Counted from the stretch's first letter, positions 33,946 to 44,289 are shown. The stretch: 64,000 bases of DNA from an uncultured Gammaproteobacteria bacterium (GCA_964540635.1 CAZINP010000001.1:9540-73539); one strand, 5' to 3'. Notes: generated by a model from the sequence alone, not told the origin. Numbers and translations are program-made.

Positions 33946-34311
33946 CTAATCAATTAATTCCTTTGTTTTATCAACAATGTCCTGAATGTTTAAATCTGTT
34001 TTAGACCAAAATTCTTTGCCACCGGAAGCTAAAACTCCAGAAACTGTACTTGCGTCAACCTTGTTGGTTAAAACCACAATTGGTATTTCCCTAAACTTAT
34101 CCTCTTCTTTCAATTGGCGCAAAACCTCCAAGCCGGTCATGTCCGGCAACATATAATCAAGCAAAATTAAATCGGGACTTTTCTCTCTGGCCAATGCTAA
34201 GCCGGAATTAGCAGTTGCTGCCAAATAAATTTCATAATCACCATCTAAAGCGATTTTTATATTTTCAGCAATTGCCTCGTCATCTTCAATGATGAGAATT
34301 TTTTTAGCCAT
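33946..34311 (-). CDS. Single-domain response regulator (receiver)
   Basis: ILIIEDD, PDLILLDYMLP, VLTN, K. Confidence 0.93.
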   Translation of the reverse strand: MAKKILIIEDDEAIAENIKIALDGDYEIYLAATANSGLALAREKSPDLILLDYMLPDMTGLEVLRQLKEEDKFREIPIVVLTNKVDASTVSGVLASGGKEFWSKTDLNIQDIVDKTKELID

Positions 34312-34314
34312 ATT

Positions 34315-35505
34315 TTATTTTATTATTTTGGCAAAAAATCTTTTTCCCTTTTGAATAACCACCCCGTCCTTATCAATTTCAGAAATTTCAAAATTTTCAT
34401 CCTTAACTACTTTCTGATCAACTTTTACCCCGCCCTCCTTAATCAAACGACGAGCTTGGCTTTTTGACTCGGCTAATTTGGTGGCAACCAAAATTTCAAC
34501 AATGTTTCTTTCTTTAATCTTGAATGAAGGAATATTTTCCGGATTTAAACCTTCTTCAAAAATTTGCTTAAAGCTTTCCTCAGCAGAAATTGCCTTATCT
34601 TTTCCGCAATAAATCTCAACCACCCGATAAGCCAAAAGCATTTTGAATTTTTTGGGATTTTGGCCGGCCTTGATTTCTTTTTCAATTTGGGCAATCTCTT
34701 CTTGCGGCGTATCGGTTAATATTTCCAAGGCGGGCAAAATCATTTCGTCTGACCAACTCATAACCTTACCATAAATATCTTTTGGTTCATCGGATAATGT
34801 TATCATATTGCCTTCAGACTTACCCATTTTTTTTCCGCTTGGATCAGAAAGCAATTTGGTTGTCAAGACAAATTTATCTTTGCCTTTCATGGCCTTCATC
34901 AAAGTTCGGCCGGCTAACATATTAAACGTCTGGTCATTACCGCCAAGCTCCAAATCAACATCCATTTCCACCGAATCATAAGCTTGCATCAAAGGATAAA
35001 AAAATTCATGCAAATAAATCGGCCTCTCTTCTTTTAATCTTTCTTGAAACATATCACGGGCAATCATTTGCTGAACCGTAAAATTCTGAGCAATATTAAT
35101 AATATCGGCAAAATTTAATTTACCCAACCACTTTGAATTAAATTTAAATTCAATCTTATCAATGTCAATTAAATTTTTAATTTGCTTCTTCCAACCTTTT
35201 AAATTTTCCAGGACTTGCTCGTGGGTTATTTGCTGACGAACGCTTAGCTTGTCCGGATCACCAATCTGGCCGGTAAAATCACCAAATAGAAAAATGACGT
35301 GATGGCCCAGCTCTTGAAATTTGGCCAAACGCCTGATGGCTATGCCGTGACCAAGATGCAGGGTTGGCGCATTAGGATCAAAGCCGCAATATAATTTAAT
35401 TTTCTTGCCTGAAAGCAAAACCTTTCTCAGACTTTCTTTGTCGGGATAAACATTTTCTGTGCCGCGATTTAAGATTTCATCAACTTTTTTTTCCAAATCT
35501 TTCAT
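34315..35505 (-). CDS. tyrS: Tyrosine--tRNA ligase
   Basis: GFDP..PTLHLGH, YPLMQAYD, GGNDQ, KMGKS, C-terminal S4 domain. Confidence 0.97.
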   Translation of the reverse strand: MKDLEKKVDEILNRGTENVYPDKESLRKVLLSGKKIKLYCGFDPNAPTLHLGHGIAIRRLAKFQELGHHVIFLFGDFTGQIGDPDKLSVRQQITHEQVLENLKGWKKQIKNLIDIDKIEFKFNSKWLGKLNFADIINIAQNFTVQQMIARDMFQERLKEERPIYLHEFFYPLMQAYDSVEMDVDLELGGNDQTFNMLAGRTLMKAMKGKDKFVLTTKLLSDPSGKKMGKSEGNMITLSDEPKDIYGKVMSWSDEMILPALEILTDTPQEEIAQIEKEIKAGQNPKKFKMLLAYRVVEIYCGKDKAISAEESFKQIFEEGLNPENIPSFKIKERNIVEILVATKLAESKSQARRLIKEGGVKVDQKVVKDENFEISEIDKDGVVIQKGKRFFAKIIK

Positions 35506-35509
35506 ATAT

Positions 35510-38119
35510 TTATTTTAATGATTTTAGCTGCTGATTAATTTTTTCTAAATTCTCCTGATTATCTTTCAGTTTCTGCTTTTCTATTTCAACAATTTCTTTT
35601 GGCGCTTTGGCCACAAATTTTTCATTGGTTAATTTTACCTCCAAATGATTAATAAAATCACTCAGCCTCTTTGCTTCTTCCTCAAGCCTGACTATTTCCT
35701 TTTTAATATCAATCATCCCGGCAACCGGCAAATAGACCTCAACCTTGGGTAAAATTAAGGAAAGAGATTCGGATGGCTTTTTACCCTTTGCCAAAACCTT
35801 TAATTCTTGAATTCTGGCTAAGGTTTCGATGATCGGCGCCTGCTCCTTAATAATTTTTTCATATTTGGAAGAAATTATCACGGCATTAATTTTTTGACCG
35901 GGCTGAATTCGGCTCTCTGATCTGAGATTTCTAATTCCCGAAACAATTTCTTGAATTAAAGAAAACTCCTGCTGAACTTTATTTTCGGGCTTGCCCTTGA
36001 ACGCCGGCCAAGACTGAACCATTAACAGCTCATCGGTATTTAATTGTTTCCAAATTTCTTCGGTAACAAACGGACAAAACGGATGCCAAAGTTTCAGCAA
36101 ATTTTGCAAGATGTATAATAATATCTCATCACTTGATTTGTCCTTGGAGTCAATTTTAGAAATCTCCAAATACCAATCGGCCAATTTTGACCAAGTAAAT
36201 TCATAAACCCTTTCTCCCACAATTGAAAAATTATACTTATCCAAATTTTCAGTCGCATATGAAACCAAAGAATGCAATTCCGCCAAAATCCACTTATCCG
36301 CCAAGGTTTTGGCTTTTGGTTCTTTTTCAACCAGCTTGACTTCTGGCACTTTCAAAAGAATATAACGAGAGATATTCCAAAGCTTATTGACAAAATTACG
36401 ATAGCCTTCAATCTTATTTTCCGAAACCGTGATGTCATTTCCCGGCGCCGTGCCGATAATTAGAGCCAGACGCGTCGCATCAGCGCCAAATTTATCAATT
36501 GCAATCAAAGGGTCAATGGCATTATCGGAAGATTTGCTCATCTTTTTACCTTTTTCATCTCTGACCATGCCGTGCAAATAAACTTGTTTAAACGGTATTT
36601 CCTCCAGCAAATAGGTAGACATGATAATCATTCTGGCAATCCAAAAAAATAAAATATCATACCCGGTCTCCATTAATGAAGTTGGATGAAAAGTTTTTAA
36701 ATCAGAAGTCTGTTTGGGCCAACCCAAAGTTGAAAAAGTCCAAAGGCCGGAAGAAAACCAAGTATCAAGTGTGTCATTGTCCTGAACCCAGCCCTCCCCG
36801 TCCGGTTTTTGGCGGCCGACAAAAATTTCTTCGCCTCTATACCAAACCGGAATTCTATGGCCAAACCAAATTTGCCTTGAAATACACCAGTCGCGAAGAT
36901 TTTCCATCCAATTAAAATACGTTTTTTCAAAACGATCGGGAATTATTTCAATCTCTTTTTCTCGAACGACTTCTAAACATTTTTCTTTGATTGATTTATT
37001 GCCGAATTTCTTTAATGGCAGATTAACATTAATAAACCACTGCTTAGAAATTAATGGCTCAATCACATGTTCGCAGCGATAACAAACCGACAAATTATTA
37101 TCAACCTCCTCAATCTTTGAAATCAAGCCGGCATTCTCCAAATCTTGAACAAACGCCTTGCGACATTCGACAACGGGCAAACCTGCATATGACCTGGCCT
37201 TATCGGTCATTTTTCCGTCTTCGCCGATTACCTGGATTAAAGGTAAATTATTTTTTTGCGCCATTTCAAAGTCAATCGCCGAATGAGCCGGCGTCACACC
37301 CAGCGCGCCGGTACCCAAATTTGGGTCAACCGAATCATCAGCAATCACCTTAACGTGAACATCAACCTTGCCCAAATTTACATCCATTTCCTGGCCGATA
37401 TATTTTTGATAGCGCGAATCGTTTGGGTTGACCGCCACAGCCGTATCACCAATTTTTGTTTCGGGTCTGGTGGTAGCCACAATAAACGGTCCATATTTGA
37501 TATAATAAAATTTTCCTTTCTGAGGTTGATATTCCACCTCGTCATCAGCCAAAGTTGAAGCGCAACGCGGGCACCAATTAACAATCCTGTAGCCCTGGTA
37601 AATCAAACCATCGTCATACATTCTAATAAACGCTTCATTAACCGCTTCTGACAAACCACTGTCCAGTGTATACCTTTCGCGCGACCAGTCGCAAGAAGAG
37701 CCCATCTTTTTCATTTGACCTCTTATGGTGCTGCGTGAATTTTCAACAAATTCGTCAACTCGTTTTAAAAATTCCTCGCGACCCAAATCGTGGCGCGACT
37801 TGCCTTCTTCTTTTTTAATTATTTTTTCCACCTTTGTCTGAGTGGCAATGGAAGCGTGATCGGTCCCGGGCAGCCAAAGAGTTTTTTTGCCCTTAAGGCG
37901 CTGGTAGCGAATAACCAAATCTTGAATGGCCAACATTACGGAATGGCCCAAATGCAACACGCCGGTAGCGTTTGGCGGCGGCAAAGAAATCGTAAATGCC
38001 TCATTGCGTTTACCGGGTAAGTTATCAGGATTAAAAAATCCGGACTCTTCCCACTTTTTGTAGATAGAGTCCTCTACGTTTTTAGGCTCATAGGCCTTGC
38101 TAATTTCAGAGTCTTTCAT
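35510..38119 (-). CDS. valS: Valine--tRNA ligase
   Basis: PPPNATG.LHLGH, DWCISRQ.WFGH.IP, DTWFSS, KMSKS, C-terminal coiled coil. Confidence 0.98.
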   Translation of the reverse strand: MKDSEISKAYEPKNVEDSIYKKWEESGFFNPDNLPGKRNEAFTISLPPPNATGVLHLGHSVMLAIQDLVIRYQRLKGKKTLWLPGTDHASIATQTKVEKIIKKEEGKSRHDLGREEFLKRVDEFVENSRSTIRGQMKKMGSSCDWSRERYTLDSGLSEAVNEAFIRMYDDGLIYQGYRIVNWCPRCASTLADDEVEYQPQKGKFYYIKYGPFIVATTRPETKIGDTAVAVNPNDSRYQKYIGQEMDVNLGKVDVHVKVIADDSVDPNLGTGALGVTPAHSAIDFEMAQKNNLPLIQVIGEDGKMTDKARSYAGLPVVECRKAFVQDLENAGLISKIEEVDNNLSVCYRCEHVIEPLISKQWFINVNLPLKKFGNKSIKEKCLEVVREKEIEIIPDRFEKTYFNWMENLRDWCISRQIWFGHRIPVWYRGEEIFVGRQKPDGEGWVQDNDTLDTWFSSGLWTFSTLGWPKQTSDLKTFHPTSLMETGYDILFFWIARMIIMSTYLLEEIPFKQVYLHGMVRDEKGKKMSKSSDNAIDPLIAIDKFGADATRLALIIGTAPGNDITVSENKIEGYRNFVNKLWNISRYILLKVPEVKLVEKEPKAKTLADKWILAELHSLVSYATENLDKYNFSIVGERVYEFTWSKLADWYLEISKIDSKDKSSDEILLYILQNLLKLWHPFCPFVTEEIWKQLNTDELLMVQSWPAFKGKPENKVQQEFSLIQEIVSGIRNLRSESRIQPGQKINAVIISSKYEKIIKEQAPIIETLARIQELKVLAKGKKPSESLSLILPKVEVYLPVAGMIDIKKEIVRLEEEAKRLSDFINHLEVKLTNEKFVAKAPKEIVEIEKQKLKDNQENLEKINQQLKSLK

Positions 38120-38284
38120 AATTATCAGGTCAAAATTATGCTTTAATTATAGCCATTTTATTCGATTTTTGCAAGTTTTTCTAATCTAGATATTGTCATG
38201 AAATCAATCTTGACAGCCCCAAAGAATACTATTAATATTATAAATCGGCCAATTCATTTGGCTCAAAACAATAAAAAACCATAA

Positions 38285-39415
38285 ATGGCATTAAAAGAAA
38301 ACGAACAGATCATTTCGGCAATTGAAAATAGCCGCCATGTCTTAATTACATTCAAAAAAGATTACTCGGCCGACGCCCTATCAAGTGCGCTTGGGCTTTC
38401 TTTATTTTTAGAAAAGGAAGGGAAACTGGTTGACATTGCCTGTGACGATTTTAAAGCTTCTGCCAATTTTGATTTTTTAGGGAATATTGGAAAAGTTTTG
38501 GATAAAATTAACCATTTGCAGAAATTTGTTATCTCGCTGGATACAAGCGTAAATAAAATTGAAGAGTTCAGTTATAATTATGAAGGCGAACACCTCAAAA
38601 TTTATATTACGCCAAAGAACGGCGCCTTTAGCCGAGAAGACGTTTCCACCTCTCAAACCGATTATCGCTATGATTTGATAATTACTTTGGACACGCCCGA
38701 TCTTGATTCTCTGGGCAAAATTTACCAATCGTCCACGGATTTTTTCTTCAATACGACTATAATAAACATTGACAACAATCCTGAGAACGAACACTATGGA
38801 CAAATAAATTTGATAAACTTGAATGCGACTGCCAGTGCTGAAATTGTTTATGACCTTCTTAAAAATTGGAAGCCGGACTTGATTGATTCTAAAATCGCCA
38901 CGGCATTTTTGGCCGGCTTGATTGCCAAAACAAAAAGCTTTAAAACACCAAATGTCACTCCCAAAACCCTGGAAATTGCCGGCGAACTTTTAGCCGCCGA
39001 GGCTGATCGCGATTTGATTGTAAAAAAATTATATCGCAGCCGTTCACTTTCAACACTAAATTTGTGGGGCCGAGCTTTAGCGCGACTCAAAAGCCACGAC
39101 AACAACCGCTTAATTTGGTCTCTGATTACTGATAATGATTTTATTGAATCTCAATCAAACCCAGGCGAACTGCCGGAAGTGATTGAAGAATTAATTTCTT
39201 TTATCCCGGGAGTGGAAGCGGTAGTTTTGTTTTATCAGCAAGGACAAAATGTCTGCGTGATTATAAAAACCTTAAAAAATCATAATGCCTTGTACCTAGT
39301 CGGCAACTTTGAAGCTAAGGGCAACACAAACACCGCCGAGTTTTGTCTGGAAAACAAAAACCTGGTGGACGCCGAAAAAGAAGTAGTGGAAAATATCAAA
39401 GAAAAATTGAAGTAA
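38285..39415 (+). CDS. DHH/NrnA-like phosphoesterase homolog with degenerate motifs
   Basis: AD...S...L, ITLDTP, NIDNN (DHH position), SAEI, T.SF; DHHA1-like C-terminus. Confidence 0.7.
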   Translation: MALKENEQIISAIENSRHVLITFKKDYSADALSSALGLSLFLEKEGKLVDIACDDFKASANFDFLGNIGKVLDKINHLQKFVISLDTSVNKIEEFSYNYEGEHLKIYITPKNGAFSREDVSTSQTDYRYDLIITLDTPDLDSLGKIYQSSTDFFFNTTIINIDNNPENEHYGQINLINLNATASAEIVYDLLKNWKPDLIDSKIATAFLAGLIAKTKSFKTPNVTPKTLEIAGELLAAEADRDLIVKKLYRSRSLSTLNLWGRALARLKSHDNNRLIWSLITDNDFIESQSNPGELPEVIEELISFIPGVEAVVLFYQQGQNVCVIIKTLKNHNALYLVGNFEAKGNTNTAEFCLENKNLVDAEKEVVENIKEKLK

Positions 39416-39544
39416 ATAGGTTTGAATTTTAATTTTTTGTTGCTATAATATATAGATAATTAGCCAAATTGCTTGAGATAATAAATCTTTCATGCAAACA
39501 ATACTTGGCCATTAATAATTTATTAAAACGTAATAATCCTTTGT

Positions 39545-39621
39545 GCGCCTGTAGCTCAGTTGGTTAGAGCGCCACCCTTATAAGGTGGATGTCCCTGGTT
39601 CAAGTCCAGGCAGGCGCACCA
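39545..39621 (+). tRNA. tRNA-Ile (anticodon TAT)
   Basis: Cloverleaf gcgcctg/caggcgc, anticodon arm ccacc-ctTATaa-ggtgg, TTCAAGT T-loop, A73 plus encoded CCA. Confidence 0.93.
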
Positions 39622-39678
39622 AATAAATATTGACTTTTTGAAATAAAAAGTCTAAAATACAGAAGTTAATAATACTGG

Positions 39679-39755
39679 GGGCGTATAGCTCAGTTGGTTA
39701 GAGCGTTACGTTGACATCGTAAAGGTCCATGGTTCGAGTCCATGTACGCCCACCA
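39679..39755 (+). tRNA. tRNA-Val (GAC)
   Basis: gggcgta/tacgccc, ttacg-ttGACat-cgtaa, CCA; TTGACT-17-TAAAAT promoter at 39630-39658. Confidence 0.97.
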
Positions 39756-39783
39756 AAAAGCATCTCTTTTAGAGGTGTTTTTT
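39756..39783 (+). terminator. Terminator after the tRNA pair
   Basis: gcatctct-ttt-agaggtgt followed by T-tract. Confidence 0.75.
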
Positions 39784-39817
39784 GATTTATCATATATTTG
39801 ATTGAATTATATAAATC

Positions 39818-39871
39818 TTGACATTTTTACCAATATTGCATATTATAACTATATCAATATTAATTGATATA
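39818..39871 (+). promoter_or_regulatory. Promoter and ArsR/SmtB-type operator palindrome
   Basis: TTGACA-17-TATTAT; perfect inverted repeat tatatcaat-atta-attgatata at 39850-39871 just before the arsR ATG. Confidence 0.7.
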
Positions 39872-39872
39872 T

Positions 39873-40187
39873 ATGAAACATAAATGTTGTTGCAATAAAT
39901 CGGATTTGCTGAATTTGAATAATTTGGCCGATTTCCTAAAAATTATTGCCGAACCAAACCGCTTAAAAATTTTATGCTTGCTGAAAAACGACAAGCGCTG
40001 TGTTTGTGAAATATGGCAAGCTTTAAATTTACCGCAAAATTTAATTTCAAGTCATTTAAAGATCTTGCGACAAGCCAAACTTATTGATTTTAAAAAAGAC
40101 GGTTTAAAAGTCTATTACTTTATCAATAAACAAAATATCAAAAAGCATAAATCATTATTAAATAAATTATTAAAATCATATGAATGA
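39873..40187 (+). CDS. arsR: ArsR/SmtB family repressor
   Basis: IAEPNRLKIL.LL, CVCE, Q.LISSHLKILRQA.L; N-terminal CCC. Confidence 0.9.
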   Translation: MKHKCCCNKSDLLNLNNLADFLKIIAEPNRLKILCLLKNDKRCVCEIWQALNLPQNLISSHLKILRQAKLIDFKKDGLKVYYFINKQNIKKHKSLLNKLLKSYE

Positions 40188-40488
40188 AAAAATTCAAAAA
40201 ATCCAAGTCTTGGGCGCCGGCTGCCCCAGCTGCAAAAAAATGTTTGAACTAACCAAACAAACCGCCCTTGAACTTGGCTTGAAAATTGAAGTTGAATATA
40301 TTACCGATATTACCGTGTTGGTTAAAATGGGTGTAATGTCCGCTCCGGCTTTGGCCATAAATGATAAATTGGTTTTTGCCGGCGCCTTGCCCAACAGTCA
40401 AAGAATAAAAGAACTGATTCAAAATTACGCCTTAAAACAAGAAGTTGAGAAGCCAAAGAGTAATTGTTCTTGCCACGGTTGTTGCTAA
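40180..40488 (+). CDS. Small redox-active disulfide (thioredoxin-like) protein with Cys-rich tail
   Basis: IQVLGAGCPSC, GVMSAPALAIN, C-terminal CSCHGCC. Confidence 0.88.
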   Translation: MNEKIQKIQVLGAGCPSCKKMFELTKQTALELGLKIEVEYITDITVLVKMGVMSAPALAINDKLVFAGALPNSQRIKELIQNYALKQEVEKPKSNCSCHGCC

Positions 40489-40495
40489 AAATTGT

Positions 40496-41467
40496 ATGGA
40501 TATTTTTTTTCCCCTTCAATCATTTGCCGATCTTTTTGTTTATAATCTTTTAGGTTTGAGCAAAGACTCCCATTTGGGCGAGGCTTTAAATTATTTTATT
40601 TATGATGTCATAAAAATAATCATCCTGCTTTTGATTGTTAATTATTTTATGGCAATTATAAGACACTATTTACCGGCCGAAAGACTGCGCAATTTTTTGG
40701 CTTCTCGGCGCTGGTTTGGATTTGACTATTTACTGGCCGCCTTATTTGGCACCATCACTCCTTTTTGTTCCTGTTCATCCATTCCCCTATTTATCGGTTT
40801 TATCAGTGCCGGCATTCCTTTGGGCGTGACTTTGTCATTCTTAATCACCTCGCCGCTGGTTAATGAGATAGCCATTGTACTTTTAATCGGATTGTTCGGC
40901 TGGAAAATTACTTTATACTATGTACTTGCCGCCATTGCTCTTGGCGTTTTGGGCGGTATGATTTTGAACAGATTAAAATTGGAAAAATACGTAGCCGAAG
41001 AGATTTGGAAAATCAAAAGTCAAAAACAAGAATTAATGATTGACAAGCTTAACCTAAAAACTTTGCTTAAAAAATTTTGGTCCGAGGGCTTTGAAATTAC
41101 CAAAAAAATAACACCTTATGTTATCTTGGGCATTGGGGCGGGTGCAGTCATACACGGTTTTGTTCCAAGCGGATTTTTTGAAAAATATCTCAATTCACAA
41201 AACTTATTAGCCGTTCCCGTGGCGGTTTTGGTGGGAGTGCCCCTGTATGCCGGCGCCGTGGGTGTAATTCCAATCGTTCAATCTCTGGTGGATAAAGGCG
41301 TGGCTTTAGGCACAGCCTTGGCTCTAATGATGGCCGTCGTCGGCCTATCGCTACCGGAAGCTTTAATTTTAAAAAAAGTAATGAAGCTGAAATTGCTTTT
41401 ATATTTTTTTGGCATCACCACCATCAATATAATTATTATCGGTTATTTATTTAACGCTTTAGCTTAA
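40496..41467 (+). CDS. ArsP/DUF318 family permease
   Basis: TPFCSCSSIPLF, FLITSPLVNE, GVPLY, LSLPE. Confidence 0.9.
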   Translation: MDIFFPLQSFADLFVYNLLGLSKDSHLGEALNYFIYDVIKIIILLLIVNYFMAIIRHYLPAERLRNFLASRRWFGFDYLLAALFGTITPFCSCSSIPLFIGFISAGIPLGVTLSFLITSPLVNEIAIVLLIGLFGWKITLYYVLAAIALGVLGGMILNRLKLEKYVAEEIWKIKSQKQELMIDKLNLKTLLKKFWSEGFEITKKITPYVILGIGAGAVIHGFVPSGFFEKYLNSQNLLAVPVAVLVGVPLYAGAVGVIPIVQSLVDKGVALGTALALMMAVVGLSLPEALILKKVMKLKLLLYFFGITTINIIIIGYLFNALA

Positions 41468-41471
41468 AAAA

Positions 41472-41951
41472 ATGAAAAAAGAAATACTTATCGGCTCTGC
41501 CATTGGCACCACTTTAGTCATTATTATCGGCTTTGTTTTGATTTTACTTTCCTCTTTGGGGAATGAAGCAAAAAATAATCAAAATGATTTCGATCTTACT
41601 CAGAATCAAAACGCTCCCGCGGAAAAAATAGAAATTATTCACTTTCACGCAGCCCAGCAATGTTGGTCGTGCATTACCGTAGGCAATTATACCCTAAAAA
41701 CCATCCAAGAAAAATTTCCGGAAGAATACCAATCCGGAAAAATCACTTTCACCGATATTAACGTTGAATCACCTGAAAATAAAAATGTGGTTTTGAAATT
41801 TCGTGCCGCAGGATCATCCCTTTTTATCAATACCATTAGAGACGGTAAAGATAATATTTCCGAGGAAGTAACGGTTTGGCGTTTGGTTAATAATGAAAAA
41901 CAATTTATTGATTATTTTGAAAATAAAATTAAATCTTTATTGGGCAAATAA
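41472..41951 (+). CDS. ArsF-like membrane-anchored thioredoxin-fold protein
   Basis: N-terminal TM, HFHAAQQCWSC. Confidence 0.72.
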   Translation: MKKEILIGSAIGTTLVIIIGFVLILLSSLGNEAKNNQNDFDLTQNQNAPAEKIEIIHFHAAQQCWSCITVGNYTLKTIQEKFPEEYQSGKITFTDINVESPENKNVVLKFRAAGSSLFINTIRDGKDNISEEVTVWRLVNNEKQFIDYFENKIKSLLGK

Positions 41952-42674
41952 ATGGAAATCATTAATTTTTTAATTGATAATTACAACCTTCCGGCCTTAA
42001 GCGCCTTTTTACTTGGCATACTAACGGCCATCAGCCCTTGTCCTTTAGCAACCAATATTACAGCCATTGCCTATATTTCAAAAGAAATTAATAATACAAA
42101 AAAAATAATTCTCTCCGGGCTAACTTATACTCTGGGCCGAGCCATCACCTACACCCTTTTGGCCGTTTTATTGTTTTTCGGACTATCGTCCTTTGAAATG
42201 TCCAGACTGTTTCAAGGCTGGGGAAACAAAATCTTAGGTCCAATCTTGATTTTTATCGGCTTGGTTATGTTCGGGATAATAAAAATAAAAACAGGTAACC
42301 AAAATCAACGGCTGGAAAAAATTAAAACATGGTTGGCCCAAAAGGGTTATTTGGGTTCAATGCTTTTAGGTGGATTTTTCGCTTTGGCTTTCTGCCCCTA
42401 CAGCGCAGTTTTATTTTTTGGCGCACTTATGCCCATTGTTCTGAAATCAAACGGCGGTCTTTTACTGCCGATTGTTTTTGCCCTTGGAACCGGCTTACCT
42501 GTTATTGTTTTTGCCATTTTAATCGCTTACAGCCTGCAAAAAATGGGTAAGGTTTTCAAAGTTTTAACTGAATTGGAAAAATGGATTCGTTTTGCTATAG
42601 CTTTGATTTTTATTTTAATTGGAATTTATTATTCGCAAAATTTGTTTGATTATCTGTTGAAAATAATTTTATGA
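41952..42674 (+). CDS. ArsG-like / CcdA-DsbD family transmembrane protein
   Basis: TAISPCPLATNI, ALAFCPYS..LFFG. Confidence 0.85.
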   Translation: MEIINFLIDNYNLPALSAFLLGILTAISPCPLATNITAIAYISKEINNTKKIILSGLTYTLGRAITYTLLAVLLFFGLSSFEMSRLFQGWGNKILGPILIFIGLVMFGIIKIKTGNQNQRLEKIKTWLAQKGYLGSMLLGGFFALAFCPYSAVLFFGALMPIVLKSNGGLLLPIVFALGTGLPVIVFAILIAYSLQKMGKVFKVLTELEKWIRFAIALIFILIGIYYSQNLFDYLLKIIL

Positions 42675-43048
42675 ATACTAAAAAATTAATCATTGTCTGG
42701 CAACGACTTATTGTAAATGAAAAAACTGGCTTTCGCTGCGGCGCTACTGAAACCGAACTTTAAAAAGCCGTCAAACAACTTAAAAAGAAAATTAGTCCGA
42801 TGGGAATAGAGGTGATTCTAAAAAAATCAAAACTTGCACTAAAAAAATTTGAAAATAATCCGACAGAATCAAACAAAATCACAATAAATGACATACCATT
42901 GGAAAAATTAATTAATGCCAAAACCAAAACAAGCAGGTGCTGCGGCGCATGCAATGGCAATGAGTGTCGTACAATGGTAATAGACGGTCAATCTCAAGAA
43001 GTGATTAAAGCCGATGTGATAATTAAGGCGGGACTGAAAGCTTTATAG
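42671..43048 (+). pseudogene. DUF2703-like protein interrupted by an in-frame TAA
   Basis: ATG 42671 reads MNTKKLIIVWQRLIVNEKTGFRCGATETEL*KAVKQL.. into the 42800 ORF (SNKI.IN, CCGAC...CRT); stop at 42761-42763. Confidence 0.78.
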
Positions 43049-43128
43049 TTAAAATAATTTAAAAAAATAAAAAAGCGAGCGCTCGGCGTGAGGCTCGCCA
43101 CTGTTTTTCACAAAGATCTTACCAGCCC

Positions 43129-44289
43129 CTACTCGGGCTGAATTTCAATCACTTCGCCACCGCCAAACTTGGAGTGGATTAAAACCGAAGGATTACGACC
43201 GGCTGGCGTGGGCAGAATCTTGCCGGCCACTTTTGCGGTTACACCAAACTTCACTGCCAAATGGCAGAATTGCGCAACGTCAGACTCATCAATGACAACC
43301 AGCATTCCCTGGCCGCAATTCCAGGTGTCGTAGCAGTCATTTACGGACATGCCACGCCAATCAGCGCAAAGCCGAACGATCTCCGGCGGCTCGAAAAGGT
43401 CGTCCAATATCGCCGAGAAACCCTGGGGAAAAAGAACGTCGCGGGCAAATTTGCTCTTGATTGAGCCGCCGGTAACGTGAGCAATCAAGTGCATCCTAAC
43501 CAGCGGCAGAAAGTCGGCTTCATACCAGCCGTGAAGCTTAGTCAAAAAGCAATCATACAAGAATGAGGGCACGGCAGCCGAACGAAGATGCTCCTTTGCC
43601 TCCGGCTCAATGGCCCAATTGTCGCCGAAACGCTTGGCAAAAGCTTTGCGCACAGAGCTGATGCCGTTGCTGCGAAACCCATTCTCTTGCAGAGCCACGA
43701 CAACTTGTCCGGGCGCCAAAGTGTCACCGAGAATCATTTTGTCCGGGTGGTAGGCACCGATTGCAAACCCGGACCAATTGTATTTTGCCGTAGCCGCCTC
43801 ATTGCTGGAACCAACACACACGCCAAGCTCGGCGGTTTCACCGCAAAGCATGACCATTTGGTTGTTGCCGCAAGCCACCATCAGGCCGTTAATCAACTGC
43901 CGAAAAGCCTGATTGGTTTGGTCTCCGGCTTGGCCAAGGGTGCAGACGTCCAAAACATTGCAGAAAACCAGAGGTATGCCACCCCAGCGCGTAATGTCAC
44001 CGGCCGTCATGGCCAGCACGTCTTTTCCGGAAGCAAAATGAAACCCTGCGGCATCAGAAATTATCACTTTGGTTCCGATTCCGTCCGGCGCACACGCCAA
44101 GCTACTGCCGGGCAGTAGGCCCTCAACGGTAAATCCACGAGGCCCGCGGAAGTGGCCACGAGAAAAATCATGGATCTTAACAAACGGGCTTGCCTCATAA
44201 GTTCCGCGGCAACACTTTGCCGCAAAGGCGCTAAAGCTATCGCCTTCTTTTACGTTTACACCATCCCGGGTGTAGGGATCATTGCTCAT
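43129..44289 (-). CDS. purM: AIR synthase (PurM)-like protein
   Basis: Y...GV, DGIGTK, GETAEL, NGFRSNGIS, HVTGG, TWNCGQG; AGGAG RBS before ATG 44289; GC-rich. Confidence 0.82.
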   Translation of the reverse strand: MSNDPYTRDGVNVKEGDSFSAFAAKCCRGTYEASPFVKIHDFSRGHFRGPRGFTVEGLLPGSSLACAPDGIGTKVIISDAAGFHFASGKDVLAMTAGDITRWGGIPLVFCNVLDVCTLGQAGDQTNQAFRQLINGLMVACGNNQMVMLCGETAELGVCVGSSNEAATAKYNWSGFAIGAYHPDKMILGDTLAPGQVVVALQENGFRSNGISSVRKAFAKRFGDNWAIEPEAKEHLRSAAVPSFLYDCFLTKLHGWYEADFLPLVRMHLIAHVTGGSIKSKFARDVLFPQGFSAILDDLFEPPEIVRLCADWRGMSVNDCYDTWNCGQGMLVVIDESDVAQFCHLAVKFGVTAKVAGKILPTPAGRNPSVLIHSKFGGGEVIEIQPE

